In this document: positions 60,626 through 64,000 of the stretch, piece after piece
Layout: each line of letters opens with the position of its first letter
Position numbering within the stretch: the first letter of the stretch is position 1
From: Lama guanicoe
Taxonomy: Eukaryota
DNA: 64,000 nucleotides
Assembly: GCA_013239625.1 (NCBI GenBank)
Contig: MU053431.1
Coordinates: 248,001-312,000 of the forward strand
Direction of reading: 5' to 3'
The notes under the pieces: model-generated
Database searches by the model: none
Seen by the model: the letters and a program-made list of their open reading frames with translations, nothing else
Told to the model about the DNA's origin: nothing
Made by a program: the position numbers and the translations under genes

Positions 60626-61304
60626 TGGTGCCCAACTGAGTCCTCCCCACGGAAGGTCAGCCACGAGAGGGTCTAATCTGGATGCTGGTTAATTACAACC
60701 ACGTGGCATTTAAGCAAAAGCCAGTGGCTGCGCTTGCTCTGCAGAGGGTGGCCCGGGTTCTGGCGCCCTGTTAGTCATCGTCACCATCATCATGTGATGT
60801 GGGGTCACAGGGTGGACTCCCGCATGAAGAATGTTTTATATAGAGTCTTTTTTTTTTTTTACTAGACTCAATTTCATGAGGTTTCTGTAACTTTCAGTCA
60901 CAGCATCCGAGGGCACCACTGAAACACAGATGCAGTAAAGTCAGGGGAACCATGGCTAGACGTTGTTGGTCATGTTTGCGCTCACGACCCGCCCTGCAGT
61001 GCTGACCCCCCGGGGCAATGAGCCTCAGCACGCGGCGGCCTCTCTGGCCCATCGGAAGGGAGACAAACTTGATCACAGCTGATCTGTCCCTCGCGCTTCC
61101 TTCATTAGGCAGGACCACTGCTGAGCTCCGTCATTCCCCGACGCCACTGTCCCCGACGCCACTGTCCAGGCGCTTAGCAAACCTGCATCGTTGTCGTCTT
61201 CCCCCCCCACCTGGCAGACACTTAGGGCAAGTCATGCCGTCCACGGGAACACACGTCCCGACGGGTGATAGCGTTCTCCACGCGGTGTTCACGAGTGCTT
61301 AGCA

Positions 61305-61640
61305 GGAGACCCTTTGTTTTGATTTCTCCCCCGAAGTCTAATTACTCCATATGTCTTCTCCTATTTCGTCTAATCTACAATTGTATTTCTCATTATCGTT
61401 TGGTGGGTTGTGGTGCTGCTTCCTCCAGTTTCATTCTCCCTCTTTTATGTTTCTCTTGTACAAAATTAATTACATTGTACCTTCAAGCATAATTTTAACA
61501 CTGTCTCCATTGCATGTGTCTGCCGTTAATTAATGCTCTTCTAATGTAGATTTTAGAGCCAAATGGTGCAATATTCTGAGCATCAAAGAAACAAAGGATC
61601 TAACAAAACTGAAATGAATGAGCAAGACAAAACAGCTGAC
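61305..61640. promoter_or_regulatory. Candidate enhancer (SOX, homeobox, TCF)
   Basis: CTTTGTT near 61312, TAATTA three times, CATTGT, and CATCAAAG at 61581-61588 next to AACAAAG at 61590-61596. Confidence 0.38.
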
Positions 61641-62629
61641 AATACCCTCTCGTCTGAAAACGTCACGTGCACTGTGCGTGGGGTGGCAGATCGGACGGCT
61701 TGGGGCTTTCCCTTTTTAGAGGAGAGACAAGAGGTGTTGAATCCAGAGTTGCGGGCTTTGCTTCAGCTTCGGCCAGTCAAACACCTCAGGGGGAATTAAC
61801 CCAGCACAGCCTTCTCACGGCCCTAGGAAAAGGGGCGGGTCTCCAAATACTTCTTAGGCATTTTCTGTGGAATCGACCAGGCAAACCCCTCCACCTGCGC
61901 CCAGTCTACGTTTTTCACGTCCTCAGCGTCTCTCTCTGATGATGCTCAGGCTCTGTGCTGTCCTCACCCTAAAGGAGAAGCTGTCCCGTTGGGTGACTAC
62001 AAAGGACTTTCACAGCAAAGAAAATCGGACACAGTAGAACCACAGTGTAGCTCTGTGAGTTCATGAAGTGTCCACGTAACACGACGTGGTCAAATGAGTG
62101 CCTTCTCGTTACTCTTTCACTGGTGAATGGGATGGACTCCCACCCATCGGGTGCTTTAAAAATGTGTGTGTGAGTTTGCAGTGGTTACTGTGCGCACTGT
62201 CTAAATAGGCAGTTTGCATCGGGCTGGACCTATTTCGTGCAGTCCTGTTTATAGACTTCAGTTACTCACCGTGTCTTTTCTTAACGAAAGGTTGAAAAAA
62301 AAACCACTTCAGGCTGAATAGGTAATAATTTGAGTAACAGAGGCAGAGACTAGAGTCATGTGGGGAAACTTGATTTGACTGATAGAACGTAATTGAAACT
62401 AAGCTGTAAGTCTGTGTGTCGGGAGGGGCATGACTGTAGTCCTGATTGGGCTGAAAGCGTCCTGTGTGAACACGAGGCATCTGCTTGATGATCATTATCC
62501 CTCTGCCTGGATTGGCCCTCTCAGTTTTCTGGAAACTGTCATTTCCTCTTTCCACTGCCCCTTCCATTGGTAGAGTTGGAACATCCAAGGTTTGAAGACT
62601 CCTGCTCTGCCCATAACCAGATAGGCCAC

Positions 62630-63053
62630 TGTAGTGAGATGAATGGTGGCTCCTAACAAGATAGGTCCACACCTGACCCCCAGGACCTGAGAATGTGACC
62701 TTATTTGGAAAAGACGTCTTTGCAGATGTAATTGAGTGAATGGTCTTGAGATGAGATAATCTGGGTGGGCCCAAAATTCAATGACGAGTGACAGCAGAGG
62801 AATTTCACAGGTGAGGTAGCAGGCCATGTGACAACGGGGCGGAAACTACGGTGATGCAGCCGTGAGTCAGGGATGCCTGGAACCACCAGAAGCCGGAGAG
62901 GTGGGAAGGATGCTCCCCTGGAGGCTCTGGCGGGAGTGTAGCTCCGCTGACACGTTAATTTCTTGGCCTCCAGAACTGCGAGAGGATACGTTTCTGTTGT
63001 TTTAAGCTGCCAGGTTATAATAACTGTTTACGGAGTCCTAGAAAACCAATGCA
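62630..63053 (+). mobile_element. MLT1C/MLT1B-like MaLR solo LTR
   Basis: TG...CA ends. gaatgtgaccttatttggaaa...tctttgcagatgtaatt and tggcctccagaactgcgagagga...tttctgttgttttaagc. Confidence 0.92.
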
Positions 63054-63499
63054 GTCCCTGAACGCAACGTGAGCCAATCCCCAGACACTGAGTTGGGCAA
63101 AAAGTCTGTGGCCGGTCTTGCTGTCTGCTTGACCAGAGGAACCGTGAACTTGGGAAGTGTTGTCAGTCAACATTTTGTGCCACATGGATGAAAAAAACAG
63201 AAAAGTCTATTTGGAGCAGAAAAGAGGAATAAGAAGGAAGCAGATGTGCAGAGAGACAAAGCTGTGAGTGGGAAAGAGTCTGCTTCCAGCACACATAGGA
63301 CCAGCCAGGAAGGCAGAGAACCTGGGGCCTCAGAGAGTTTAACACAGGGGGCTGGTGGTAGGTGATGGGGAGAGGCAGTCTGAGGAGGCAAATGGTAGGT
63401 GGTGGGACCACCCAGTACTGACAGCAGCTTTCTTCTGAATCACCAAGCGGAGGCGACAACATGGTATTCAAGAGATAAAGGGATAAATTGCACAAATTA

Positions 63500-64000
63500 A
63501 AATACTTTGCAGGATGTCCATACAATGGAATACTGTCAGCTATAAAATGAAATGCAATCTTAAATGACAAAAAGAAAACCATCAAGGAAACGTAAATTTC
63601 TAAGTGAAAGAAACCAGTCTGAAAAGACTATACTGTATGTCTCCAATTACACGACATGATGGAAAAACATAATCGTGGGGACCGTAAGGAGAATAGTGAG
63701 TGCCACGGGGTTTGGGAGGGAAGGAGGGCTGAACATGGAAAACACTGGGTCCTTTGAAGGCAGTGAAGGTCTGCCGTGTGATCCTGTAAGGGCAGATGCG
63801 TGATGGTGTGTACTGGCCAAAACCCACAGAAGTTTACAGCACAAGTAGTGAGACTCAGCTTATGCAGATTTAAAACAATTAGGAGTTTGGAGGATCTGAA
63901 GAAGGGAAGCGGACTGTGAAAAGAGAATCTAATTGTATTAAAATGTACAAAACAACCTCACTCAGGTGGGAGGGGACAAGGTGCTGATCTAAGGAATTTG
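63500..64000 (+). mobile_element. L1MC3-like 3' UTR, running off the window
   Basis: tccatacaatggaatact...taagtgaaagaaaccagtctgaaaag...aaaacccacagaa...aagagaatctaattgtatta...aacaacctcact...ggtgctgatctaag. Confidence 0.88.

Noticed and set aside
63707..63728. G-quadruplex motif GGGG-TTT-GGG-A-GGG-AAGGA-GGG
   Set aside because: It lies in the ordinary G-rich tract of an L1 3' UTR.
1..64000. CRISPR array, prokaryotic operon, defence system, tRNA or rRNA
   Set aside because: No regularly spaced repeat-spacer array, no gene-dense organisation and no recognisable structural RNA. The sequence is dominated by mammalian repeats.

Overview
This is mammalian non-coding DNA, intergenic or deep-intronic, not prokaryotic. 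The young L1 3' ends are of the cetartiodactyl type and I saw no Alu, B1, Bov-tA/BovB, CHR or PRE SINEs, so a camelid draft assembly is the best guess (inference from recalled consensus sequences). I can support no protein-coding exon, RNA gene or CRISPR array. The supplied ORFs are chance ORFs, N-gap read-through or decayed L1 ORF2. The window holds old eutherian repeats (MIR, L2, L3/CR1, L1M, MER5/MER33/MER58, MLT1, MER31/MER90-like LTRs), three younger L1 tails, simple repeats, two assembly gaps and several repeat-free AT-rich islands that look like developmental enhancers. Repeat family names come from memory and need RepeatMasker/Dfam confirmation. The most notable observations are: (1) a symmetric module at 44789-45211, with two perfect 25-bp inverted A(CA)6(CG)6 Z-DNA-type tracts and a CTCF-like motif on the symmetry axis; (2) a near-identical direct duplication (1-516 = 3506-4021) whose junction cuts an LTR and joins it to an L1 tail; (3) an L1 with an out-of-order ORF2 segment, and another with a micro-inversion; (4) a TCF/LEF site cluster and a CTCF plus G-quadruplex pair. 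Sequence alone does not establish a new biological system; the 45-kb module is the best candidate.
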